Shown here one piece after another: positions 29,519 to 38,549 of a DNA stretch of 64,000 bases (position 1 is the stretch's first letter; every line of letters starts with the position of its first letter). The notes beneath the pieces were generated by a model, which was not told the DNA's origin, ran no database searches, and worked only from the letters and a program-made list of their open reading frames with translations. Source of the DNA: an uncultured Gammaproteobacteria bacterium (GTDB lineage: Bacteria; Patescibacteriota; Microgenomatia; Levybacterales; UBA12049); the NCBI GenBank assembly GCA_964512695.1, contig CAZEJU010000003.1, positions 9,897 through 73,896 of the forward strand, written 5' to 3'. Both the position numbers and the translations under genes were made by a program.

Positions 29519-30698
29519 AAGCGATAATTTTAGTGATAACACCTGCTCCGACAGTTTTACCACCTTCGCGGATAGCGAAGCGTTGTCCCTCTTCGAGAGC
29601 AACTGGCACAATAAGCTTAACTTTCATTTTACTATTATCACCAGGCATAACCATTTCAACACCTTCTGGTAATTCAACTGCACCAGTTACATCTGTGGTT
29701 CGAATATAAAATTGTGGGCGGTATCCTTTAAAGAATGGCGTATGTCTTCCACCCTCTTCTTTCGTAAGAATATATGCTTCAGCGTCAAATTCTGTATGTG
29801 GTGTAATTGAACCTGGTTTAGCTAATACCTGTCCTCTTTCGACATCATCTTTTTCAACTCCTCGAAGAAGAAGACCGACATTATCTCCAGCTTGACCTTC
29901 ATCAAGTTGCTTTCTAAACATCTCGACACCAGTGACAACTGTAGATTTTGTGGGACGAAGACCAATAATTTCAACTGTATCATTAATCTTTACAACACCT
30001 CGATCAATTCTTCCTGTAACGACTGTACCTCGACCTTTAATAGAGAAAACATCCTCAACGGCCATTAAGAAAGGCTTATCTACAGGGCGTTCTGGCGTAG
30101 GAATATAATTATCTACTGCATCCATTAATTCCATGATTTTCTTCTCATATTCTGCATCACCCTCTAATGCCTTAAGAGAAGATCCTCGGATTATTGGCAC
30201 GTCATCACCTGGATATTTATACTTGGTAAGCAATTCACGGACTTCCATTTCAACGAGATCGAGAAGTTCAGCATCTTGTACCATATCACACTTATTGAGA
30301 TAAACAACGATTGCTGGAACACCGACTTGATAAGCTAAGAGAATATGTTCTCGGGTTTGAGGCATTGGACCATCTGGTGCGGAAACGACGAGGATAGCAC
30401 CATCCATCTGCGCAGCCCCAGTAATCATATTTTTAATATAATCAGCATGACCTGGAGCATCAATGTGAGCATAATGTCTTTTTGCAGTTTCGTATTCAAT
30501 GTGAGAAATGTTAATGGTGACCCCACGAGCTTTTTCTTCTGGAGCATTATCAATATCTTCGTACTTTTTTGCTTGAGCGAGACCTTGCTTTGCAAGTACT
30601 GTCGCAATTGCTGCTGTTGTTGTGGTTTTACCATGGTCAACATGACCAATAGTTCCAATATTTACGTGTGTTTTAGTTCTTTGAAATTTATCTGCCAT
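29517..30698 (-). CDS. tuf: elongation factor Tu
   Basis: [21 protein letters not shown], full-length EF-Tu. Confidence 0.97.
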   Translation of the reverse strand: MADKFQRTKTHVNIGTIGHVDHGKTTTTAAIATVLAKQGLAQAKKYEDIDNAPEEKARGVTINISHIEYETAKRHYAHIDAPGHADYIKNMITGAAQMDGAILVVSAPDGPMPQTREHILLAYQVGVPAIVVYLNKCDMVQDAELLDLVEMEVRELLTKYKYPGDDVPIIRGSSLKALEGDAEYEKKIMELMDAVDNYIPTPERPVDKPFLMAVEDVFSIKGRGTVVTGRIDRGVVKINDTVEIIGLRPTKSTVVTGVEMFRKQLDEGQAGDNVGLLLRGVEKDDVERGQVLAKPGSITPHTEFDAEAYILTKEEGGRHTPFFKGYRPQFYIRTTDVTGAVELPEGVEMVMPGDNSKMKVKLIVPVALEEGQRFAIREGGKTVGAGVITKIIA

Positions 30699-30723
30699 AG
30701 TTTTATTGTTAAGACAAAATAAA

Positions 30724-30824
30724 TCTCATTTGGGAATGAGATATAGTGTATATTACACTACTTTGTTTTATTCGTCAATACCCTTTTAATAATTTAATAA
30801 AAATTAATTAAGAGTAGTGTAATA
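30724..30824. promoter_or_regulatory. tuf upstream/leader region with a 7-bp-stem hairpin and an exact 12-mer AGTAGTGTAATA present twice in inverted orientation
   Basis: Hairpin tctcatt-tggg-aatgaga (30724-30741). Palindrome tagtgta-tat-tacacta (30744-30760). AGTAGTGTAATA lies at 30813-30824, with its reverse complement at 30751-30762. Confidence 0.4.
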
Positions 30825-30867
30825 AACAATTACTTATTTTACAATAACCTTTATATCTATGCAATAT

Positions 30868-31530
30868 CTATTTTTGTAGATAAGCAGGTAACTCACCGAA
30901 ATTATGAAGAATATTTTTTGCATTAAGCCCTAAATTTATAAATTGCTCTTTTGTAGTAAAACCTGTCGTTACTGCTATAAAGGAAATACCCTTTGCTGCG
31001 GCTGCTTGATAATCTACGACATTATCTCCTACATATATCACTTCTTGTGACGAAATCCCTAACTGTAGTAATAATTCTAAACCTGCATCAAAAACTCTCG
31101 GGTCAGGTTTATGAAAGGGAAAATCTTCACCACTGAAGAAAAAAGTATAAGTATCATCCGGTAAGTGTAAATATCTTCTAATGGTATTCTCCATGCCTTT
31201 CCGAGGACCTGAACTAATCACTCCAAGTTTATAACCTGCTTTTTTTAGAGATGAAATTGTTATTTTCGTAAAGGGAAAGGGTTGTAAACAGAAATCAATT
31301 TCTTGAGCATGTTGTAGAAAACTCTTGGTTAACTTTTCTTCAGGTATTCCTGGCCATAAACCTGGTAAAAACGTTTTTAATGGTTTTCCCCATTGTGAAG
31401 CAACTGTCTTAAGAGAAGGATTGTCTAACTTGTATGCTGTCGAAAAAGATTTATAAAGATTAAGACATGATTGTAAAGAAGCAACTTTTGTATCATCCCA
31501 ATCACAGATAATTGCTTTAATGTGTTTCAT
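30868..31530 (-). CDS. HAD-IA family hydrolase (phosphatase)
   Basis: Motif I IICDWDDT, motif IV YVGDNVVDYQAA. Confidence 0.7.
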   Translation of the reverse strand: MKHIKAIICDWDDTKVASLQSCLNLYKSFSTAYKLDNPSLKTVASQWGKPLKTFLPGLWPGIPEEKLTKSFLQHAQEIDFCLQPFPFTKITISSLKKAGYKLGVISSGPRKGMENTIRRYLHLPDDTYTFFFSGEDFPFHKPDPRVFDAGLELLLQLGISSQEVIYVGDNVVDYQAAAAKGISFIAVTTGFTTKEQFINLGLNAKNILHNFGELPAYLQK

Positions 31531-31963
31531 GAGGACTTCTGGAATGTATAAACTCTTTTGCTTTCGATAATGCAAACTTTCTAACATTAGTCGTTGCTAA
31601 CTTAAGGGCATCATCAATACATATCCAAACGAGCCGTGAGTCAGGCTCTCCTTTTTCTTTAATATGAGAAGGAATTTCCCCTTTCCACTTTGTTACTAAA
31701 AACGCGAAATATCGAGAGCCTGTTTCTTCACGAATAGTATTACCAGCATACTGATATGCAAGTACTTTGATTTGTTCTCCAAGCTCTTCAGCGATTTCCC
31801 GTTTCATCGCTATTTGAGCATACTTTTCATCAATGTTTTTATCACCATGTTCAATCCCGCCTCCGGGAATATGCATCTCTTCATATACACCGCGTGGCCG
31901 GAACTCAAGAAGAACATCTCTATCTTTTATGAATAAAAATACTACAGCTTCTCCCATAAGCAA
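31517..31963 (-). CDS. NUDIX hydrolase
   Basis: Nudix box GGGIEHGDKNIDEKYAQIAMKREIAEELG. Confidence 0.8.
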   Translation of the reverse strand: MLMGEAVVFLFIKDRDVLLEFRPRGVYEEMHIPGGGIEHGDKNIDEKYAQIAMKREIAEELGEQIKVLAYQYAGNTIREETGSRYFAFLVTKWKGEIPSHIKEKGEPDSRLVWICIDDALKLATTNVRKFALSKAKEFIHSRSPHETH

Positions 31964-32119
31964 AACCTATCTATTATACGCTATTTTTCTCTTAATAGAT
32001 AGTCAAAGGTATCTTGCAAGGAGGAATTCCACATTCATCTGAGCTTTATATAACATCTTGCTCTACAACTTTCTTACATATTCTTTATTTAAATAAAATT
32101 ACAAAAAACTGTCGTTTTC

Positions 32120-32779
32120 CTATAGAGAGAAAACCTTTCTAACTTCTTGGAGAACTATTTGCCAATCTTTGCATATAACTACATGTATATCATCTCTGGG
32201 AGATTCTTCGCGATCATATAAAAAAACCGTTCCTTGATACGTAGCTGGTAGCTCTTTCACAAGATTTTCATTATCATCAATAATACCTATTACTTCAGGA
32301 TAAAGAGATTCAAGTACTTTTGCTTTCCATTTATTCGCATCCTCAAGCGGAATTGCCTTGGGTCGTGCTATGACCTCTGCTTCTGGAAATGCATGTTTTT
32401 TTAACCATTTTTTTGTTCCTAAAATCACAGAGTCAGGTCGAGTTGTTAAATAAGCGACTATGGGTAGCATACGATGTACTTCTTGTATAATAATGTCAAC
32501 TCCTTCTATTAATGGAAGACTTTCCTGCAATGAATCGTCATTTCTTCTATCTTCCATCCACTGTAAAGCCTCTGGTGTTTGCCAATAGGGAACAAGCTGT
32601 GTATATCGATATTTAGCGATAACTTGCTGAGGAGATAGATTTTCAGGATTACCGAACCTTTTAGACAGTTCTTTTACCCAGTAACCAACGGTCCATGATA
32701 ATGTCTCGTCAATATCTACAGCTATACCTCTTTTTTTCTCTTTAATTAGTTTTTCTTGTAATGTATTAATCGAACTCAT
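32120..32779 (-). CDS. HAD-like hydrolase (possible 5'(3')-deoxyribonucleotidase-type)
   Basis: DIDETL motif I and IIDDN motif IV. Confidence 0.4.
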   Translation of the reverse strand: MSSINTLQEKLIKEKKRGIAVDIDETLSWTVGYWVKELSKRFGNPENLSPQQVIAKYRYTQLVPYWQTPEALQWMEDRRNDDSLQESLPLIEGVDIIIQEVHRMLPIVAYLTTRPDSVILGTKKWLKKHAFPEAEVIARPKAIPLEDANKWKAKVLESLYPEVIGIIDDNENLVKELPATYQGTVFLYDREESPRDDIHVVICKDWQIVLQEVRKVFSL

Positions 32780-32788
32780 AACTGAAAA

Positions 32789-33094
32789 TTATATAACCAC
32801 TGAAACTAAATCTATCGCTGTATGTCCTCCAGTTGAAAAAACTATCGCTTTAATAGATGTATCTTGTAACATTTTATGAAAATCAGTAATTCGGTCTTCT
32901 GTGGTACCTGATGAGTAATACTGTCTTCCTAATGTGTGTGAACCTAGTACAATCTCTACTTCTAAACGTTCAGAAAAAGCTTTAACAGCAGCAAAGAATT
33001 CTTCTTTTCTATGCTGAATAGTATTTGAAGGAGAAATAATACCTACTTTGTCACCTTTTCTTAGTCTTGGTGGGATAAAAACATTCATGAGCAA
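32789..33094 (-). pseudogene. N-terminal fragment of a peptidase S66 (LD-carboxypeptidase)-like protein, about 100 of an expected 300 aa
   Basis: PPRLRKGDKVGIISPS...TEDRITDFHKMLQDTSIKAIVFSTGGH matches the S66 N-terminal domain. The catalytic C-terminal domain is absent. Confidence 0.4.
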
Positions 33095-33107
33095 ATTATA
33101 TCAGAGT

Positions 33108-33617
33108 CTATGGAGCATACTGAAAAGAATCGGCTAGAGAATTTAGTGTATCAAAGAGGAGTTCTTCAGAAGTGGTTAATACATATACATACCTTTCTCC
33201 TGAAAAAATAAAATAATAAAGGTCATTGTTAATAAAGCCCTTAACTGCAGGTAAATCGTCAATGGTAAACGTTTCACGTTTGGATAAAGAAAAAAGATTA
33301 TTATTAGTAAAATGTTGAAGGAATTCTTCGATATTTTCCTTATCTGTTGGTACACGCTTAATTGTTATATCTCCATCCTGTTTATGAAAAATTACTTCAT
33401 TTGTATCTTCTATCACTTGGAAAAAATTACTAACCTCTACAGAAAAAAGCATATCTTCTGAAGAAAAAGTTCGCATTTTTTCTTCAACTCTTGGTTTTTG
33501 AATGGTGTTTAAAGAATTTTTCGTATCTTGAAAAAGAAATACGAGAAGACAGAAGCCAAGGATAAATATACCGAAGTTAATGAAAAAATCTTTTTTCGTT
33601 TTTCCATGCAGTACCAT
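33108..33617 (-). CDS. membrane-anchored hypothetical protein
   Basis: A single N-terminal TM helix and no other motif. Confidence 0.4.
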   Translation of the reverse strand: MVLHGKTKKDFFINFGIFILGFCLLVFLFQDTKNSLNTIQKPRVEEKMRTFSSEDMLFSVEVSNFFQVIEDTNEVIFHKQDGDITIKRVPTDKENIEEFLQHFTNNNLFSLSKRETFTIDDLPAVKGFINNDLYYFIFSGERYVYVLTTSEELLFDTLNSLADSFQYAP

Positions 33618-33658
33618 ACTTCTACATTAACGTGGAACTGAATGAATTGCAATAAATA

Positions 33659-34750
33659 TTAAAAATAGGAGTACGCCCAGTAGCTAAATTGATAAAGACC
33701 TTTTGACTTTAAGTATTTTATTTTTTGATTAACAGATTCTAAAGTTTCAAACCAGATAATGTGCTTCTTCCCATTCGCATCTTTATATGAAACTGTTGTT
33801 TCTTTCGACTCTTCATCCTTTTCTAAGAAACAATTTAATTTTTTACAGTCTTTATAGATCATACTCTCGATTTCAGAAGTACTACGTGATACACCAATCT
33901 TCTGAGAAATATTTTTCTCATCAATTTCCCAGTCATATCCATAGAGTCCGAAAATAAATACAATTTTTTCTAAAGGAGCATCTTGAGTTAAACGGTTTAT
34001 TAATAACTCCATATCATAACCATACGTTTCTTGCCCTGATAACGGAAAGTTTGGACCAGGATTCCCGCCAGCTTTATGGAGATCATAAGCCATAAGATAG
34101 AGCTGATCAACGTATTTCGACAATGTACTAATCTCAAAAGGCCGAACTCTATAATAGGTGTCTCCGTATATGGTCATAGAAAAAGTCAGGTCTTCTTTTT
34201 TAACGGAAAAAGAAAAACTTTCAATAAACTTATTAATATTTTGAATAACTGACTCGAAAGGAAGTGCAGACAATTCGAGGTTTAACACAATTCCATCAAA
34301 TCCATACTCTTTTGCTATTTTAATTGTTTCAGTTATAAAGATGTTTTGATTCTTTTTATTCTCCAAAATCGTAAAATTTGTCTTTGAGTCTAACATTCGC
34401 ACTGCAAGTAGTTTAGACTTTCCTTCTGCTATTTTAGTGAATTGCTTTAACCGAAGATATCCTGCGTCTTGTGTGTTTATTGTTTCTCCTTTAGGAGCAA
34501 TCCCGAAATATATTACTGTATCGTACTTTTGTAAATTCTCCGGGGTTTTAGGTATTGCCCAGTAAGGAACAAAAATTGAAGACTTTTCTTCTCTTATTAT
34601 TATCGTAGGAGAGACAACAGTATTTTTTTGTGTTTTTTCTTCTCGCTTTACAGGTGCAGTGTCTTTACTAAAAAAAATTATGAGGAAAAAAACTGAGATT
34701 ATTAGAAAAAAAAGTTTTCTCATGCAGGTATTATATCGGTAACGAGGCAC
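33659..34750 (-). CDS. secreted glycoside-hydrolase-like TIM-barrel protein (GH18-like DG..LNLE motif)
   Basis: N-terminal signal/TM. YGFDGIVLNLE resembles the GH18 DGxDxDWE catalytic strand. Confidence 0.35.
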   Translation of the reverse strand: MPRYRYNTCMRKLFFLIISVFFLIIFFSKDTAPVKREEKTQKNTVVSPTIIIREEKSSIFVPYWAIPKTPENLQKYDTVIYFGIAPKGETINTQDAGYLRLKQFTKIAEGKSKLLAVRMLDSKTNFTILENKKNQNIFITETIKIAKEYGFDGIVLNLELSALPFESVIQNINKFIESFSFSVKKEDLTFSMTIYGDTYYRVRPFEISTLSKYVDQLYLMAYDLHKAGGNPGPNFPLSGQETYGYDMELLINRLTQDAPLEKIVFIFGLYGYDWEIDEKNISQKIGVSRSTSEIESMIYKDCKKLNCFLEKDEESKETTVSYKDANGKKHIIWFETLESVNQKIKYLKSKGLYQFSYWAYSYF

Positions 34751-34768
34751 AAAAGGAAATTAATAATT

Positions 34769-35074
34769 TCAAGTAACCTCATCGAGAATAATTCGTTTAC
34801 TAAATAACCCTGCTTCTTTAGCTTTCTTTTGTTTAATTTGCTTTATTTTTTTTCTACTAAGTCCTCTTGCTTCCACTATAGCATCAAGCACCTCTAAAAT
34901 ATCCGCCATCTCCTCTTCGTTTTTTGCAAACAAAAATTCATTTATTTCTTCCTGGAGTTTTTCATCCAATTTTTTAAGGTATTCTCTATCATCCGCAATA
35001 TGAGTTACAGGTTTTTTACCTCTTGCCTGTATATTGAAGGGCACGTTGTCGCGAACAAGTTTATCGTATCTCAT
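34769..35074 (-). CDS. MazG-like NTP pyrophosphohydrolase (PRA-PH fold house-cleaning enzyme)
   Basis: YDKLVRDNVP...EE.ADILEVL signature. Confidence 0.55.
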   Translation of the reverse strand: MRYDKLVRDNVPFNIQARGKKPVTHIADDREYLKKLDEKLQEEINEFLFAKNEEEMADILEVLDAIVEARGLSRKKIKQIKQKKAKEAGLFSKRIILDEVT

Positions 35075-35742
35075 GAATATACTGTATCGATTTTTTTCTT
35101 AATAAGAAAATGTTCTTGTTTAGGAAGTTTTTCACTTCTTTCTAAAATACCTTGGGCATCATGCCATTGACTCTTATGCTCCATCATTCCCTTTACCTTT
35201 ATATCCCATACTTTACTCGTATCAATTGTTTCGTTTATCTCTTCGTTTTTATATCCCGGTGGGAAATAGATAAAATACTCATCTTCTCGTTTTCTTTGCA
35301 CTTCATCAAGACAAAAGTACATTATTTTTTTTATGTAATCCTTTTTTTCAAAAATATATGATGTGACCATAGAAACAGCAACGTGATCGATATGTCCCGA
35401 AACTCCACGGGGTTCGTATGTTAGGAGAGTAGTAGGTCTGAACTTATCAAGTTCATGCTGTATTTTCTCGGCAAGTTCATGATAGATACTGTTACTAAGA
35501 GTGCCATCTTTATATCCTAAAAAAATGACGTTCTTTACACCTAACACTTTAGCAGAACGTTCAAGTTCTTCTCTACGAAGCTCTCCCAGCTCACATTCTT
35601 CTTGAAGACTAGTATCCCCTGCATCGCCATCAGTAACGCAAATAATATATACATCATGCTGCTGGGCGAGTAGTGTAATAGTACCTCCTGGTCCAAAAGC
35701 TTCATCATCAGGATGAGCAAAAATACAAACTATCGTTTCCAT
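35071..35742 (-). CDS. PIG-L/LmbE family N-acetylglucosaminyl deacetylase
   Basis: IFAHPDDEAFGPGGTI motif. Confidence 0.8.
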   Translation of the reverse strand: METIVCIFAHPDDEAFGPGGTITLLAQQHDVYIICVTDGDAGDTSLQEECELGELRREELERSAKVLGVKNVIFLGYKDGTLSNSIYHELAEKIQHELDKFRPTTLLTYEPRGVSGHIDHVAVSMVTSYIFEKKDYIKKIMYFCLDEVQRKREDEYFIYFPPGYKNEEINETIDTSKVWDIKVKGMMEHKSQWHDAQGILERSEKLPKQEHFLIKKKIDTVYS

Positions 35743-35791
35743 GATGGATTTATTTTACTATACTTGAAGCTAACTTAACAAATTTTAGCTA

Positions 35792-36061
35792 TTAACTTTT
35801 TGTTTCTTTACCTGTTTGTCCTTCTCCTTCAGTTAAAGCTAGAAGACTTCCCATTTCTTTAAGAAAACGTTTTGCATGATTACGACTCATACCTATTCGT
35901 GACACAATTCTTAACTGGTTGGAAGGACCTAGTTTCTGGCAAATATCGAGTACCACTCCATCCTCATTTGTTGTCATAAGAATATTATCTGTATAAAGTA
36001 TCGGTGTAGTATCAACATTTATATTTATTTGTAATTCATTTTTTTTATCTATAAAAATCAC
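35792..36061 (-). CDS. hypothetical protein (DUF3467-like?)
   Basis: Small ORF; weak resemblance only. Confidence 0.3.
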   Translation of the reverse strand: MIFIDKKNELQININVDTTPILYTDNILMTTNEDGVVLDICQKLGPSNQLRIVSRIGMSRNHAKRFLKEMGSLLALTEGEGQTGKETKS

Positions 36062-36112
36062 CTCCGTCAGTTATGCATTATTAACAAAGACCGTCTAAAT
36101 TGTAGTATAACT

Positions 36113-37129
36113 CTATATTCTTAACCCTGCGTTTTTTAAAATCTCATCAGAGGTTAATGGAACTATATTTGTACCGAATGATTTATTTAAACCCTCAAGC
36201 AAATAGTTTGCAAAAAGTCCATTTAGTACTGTACCTGGATGGATTGTATCACTAAGAAAAGCCCTTTCTGGATTATCACCTGGAATATATAATGAAATAT
36301 TTTCTGATCCTACTTTTGTACTTCCAAGAATGGCATTTGAAACTAATTTTCTATAATAATCATTTATATCTAGTAGTGTAATTTTACGTTTATCAGCTAT
36401 TTCAACAAGTTTTCTATTGACACTTGCGATAGCATTTGAAACACGTTCTCTTCCTTCATCATTTCTATTTGCAACTTCAATAACAGGACTAAGATTCCAA
36501 TCAGGTACGGTAACCAACACGATTTTAGAATCTGCAAGTTTCCCATTATTCAATCTAATTTTTTGAATCGTATCTAACATGAGTGTAATATTCTCAACAA
36601 TGTCTTCAATTTTTTCACGGAGTTCTCTTTCAGAAAGCACACCATTATAAATTGGTAAATAACCGTCTTTTGTATTAAAAGGCGAGAAATCATTTCCTCC
36701 GATATAAATAATTACGGCATTAATTTCTCCATTTGCTACATACTGCGCTAGACCCGTATGCTGTCCATTAGCAATAGCGTCACTGATTGTAGCTCCACTT
36801 CGAGACCAGTTATATTGAAATCCGGTTCTTCTTGCATCCCCCCATTGATTCCATACACCGAAGTTTATTCTCCTGTTTTTTACTAACTGTTCAACCCAAT
36901 TTAAGGTTGTGGGGGCGTATTCATATCCTCTTGCATCATCTGCCTGATATTCGTCTGATAAACTATCTCCTATTATTCCTATACCTTTAATAACGAAAGT
37001 TTGCTTAGTTTCGCGAAGAAACAATTTCATAAAGTATTTATCGAATATTTCTGGCCGAAAATACGTCATTAATAATGTAATAAGAAACGTGATACTAAAG
37101 AGAAAAAGTATATACTGATTTTTTGACAT
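36113..37129 (-). CDS. secreted SGNH/GDSL-family hydrolase (lipase/esterase or carbohydrate esterase)
   Basis: N-terminal TM/signal. GDSLSDEY block I. GGNDF and a DxxH-like (DTIHP) block at the C-terminus. Confidence 0.7.
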   Translation of the reverse strand: MSKNQYILFLFSITFLITLLMTYFRPEIFDKYFMKLFLRETKQTFVIKGIGIIGDSLSDEYQADDARGYEYAPTTLNWVEQLVKNRRINFGVWNQWGDARRTGFQYNWSRSGATISDAIANGQHTGLAQYVANGEINAVIIYIGGNDFSPFNTKDGYLPIYNGVLSERELREKIEDIVENITLMLDTIQKIRLNNGKLADSKIVLVTVPDWNLSPVIEVANRNDEGRERVSNAIASVNRKLVEIADKRKITLLDINDYYRKLVSNAILGSTKVGSENISLYIPGDNPERAFLSDTIHPGTVLNGLFANYLLEGLNKSFGTNIVPLTSDEILKNAGLRI

Positions 37130-37182
37130 AACGTGGCTTAGTATAGAAGGTTACAAAGAAAGGTTCAACTGTAAAATACATT

Positions 37183-37710
37183 CTATTCAACAATACTTAC
37201 TGTTCGCAGCATCTCATTAAAGATAGCCTCTTCATGCTTATCTATAAGCTGTAAAGAATAGTAGCCTTTTTTGAAAGGAAAATAATATGCAGATTTATAG
37301 TTATATTTGTTATCAAAAATAAATGCTTTTTTTCCATCTATAATACTTTCTTGTAAGAATCCTAGATAACGTTGCTGGGGATTATAGAAATCTTCAATAA
37401 AACTATTTGCTGATACTAAAAATATAACGGATATCTGCTTTCTATCATTATTGAAAACAACCATAAGATCAGACGTACCAGGTCCATAATTTTCCTTAAA
37501 CGTCCAAGTAGAAGGATAATATATCGAAACATGAAAATAAGAAGCATCTTCTTTTTCATATTTTTTCCAAAATATTTCTGCTGGCTTCCGAGTCATTTCC
37601 TTTATGAGAGTTTTCGAAGAATCCCAATTTACTTTCACAACAATAGTGATACTAATTAATACGATAGTTAAAAAAATTCCTGCTAGAAAAATACCTTGTT
37701 CTCGCTTCAT
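37183..37710 (-). CDS. membrane-anchored hypothetical protein
   Basis: N-terminal TM, no motif. Confidence 0.4.
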   Translation of the reverse strand: MKREQGIFLAGIFLTIVLISITIVVKVNWDSSKTLIKEMTRKPAEIFWKKYEKEDASYFHVSIYYPSTWTFKENYGPGTSDLMVVFNNDRKQISVIFLVSANSFIEDFYNPQQRYLGFLQESIIDGKKAFIFDNKYNYKSAYYFPFKKGYYSLQLIDKHEEAIFNEMLRTVSIVE

Positions 37711-37753
37711 TATTTATAATCTTTACAAGTACAGATCATGAAGTCAAGAGAAG

Positions 37754-38341
37754 TTACTTTGCCTTACGCAACTTCTCGTTTGTTTCTTTTTGCACCAATT
37801 CTCGCAATTCTTTTATCACATCATTAAAATTACAATGTTCGTGAGCGTAGATTAGATTAAATTCTTTTTCAATTTCGTTCCATGTAGAAATATCTGCTTC
37901 ATTATGTTGAACAAGTGTTTCTACTTTTTCAACAGCCTGTGCAAACTTTGATTCAGTACTTTGTCTTTTTTCGAACTCTTCCCATATAGCTGTTAATTCT
38001 TGCTGTTTATGTTTTGGCAACATCTTTAGTAATTTTTCTAAAGCTTTTTGCTCTAACTCATGCTTATTTGCTAATACTCCTTTCCAGGCATGATGATCGC
38101 CTGCATAGATTTCAGCAAGATCGTGGATAGTTAGCATTTGTAATACTTTTCCGATATCGACTTTCTTTCCAATTTCTGAATAAAGAACCAATGCAATTAA
38201 TCCAGACCGCCAACTATGCTCAGCAACACTTTCCTGTCTTCCATCAGATAACCAAGAATGACGAAGCAACTTTTTCAGCGGCTCAACTTCGTGGAAAAAA
38301 GACAGGTAGTCTCTTAACTTTTTGGTAGATGCCTTATTCAT
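37754..38341 (-). CDS. HD-domain phosphohydrolase (YfbR-like 5'-deoxynucleotidase family)
   Basis: H..RSGLIALVL....HDLAEIYAGD metal-binding pattern. Confidence 0.6.
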   Translation of the reverse strand: MNKASTKKLRDYLSFFHEVEPLKKLLRHSWLSDGRQESVAEHSWRSGLIALVLYSEIGKKVDIGKVLQMLTIHDLAEIYAGDHHAWKGVLANKHELEQKALEKLLKMLPKHKQQELTAIWEEFEKRQSTESKFAQAVEKVETLVQHNEADISTWNEIEKEFNLIYAHEHCNFNDVIKELRELVQKETNEKLRKAK

Positions 38342-38549
38342 ATGGCTAAGTATAAACCATTTTCCTAGAAGAGAGAAGTATTTATTAACGAATTAAGGTA
38401 ATTAAAAATTAAATTCAATAAAAAGCTTAAAACCATAATTGATCCGACAATCAATCCCATGTTGCTCCCAAACTCAAAGTAATTAATGTTACTAAATAAG
38501 GCAAACAAATACATTTATAGTAAAGATAAAAAAGTAGCTACCAACAAAT

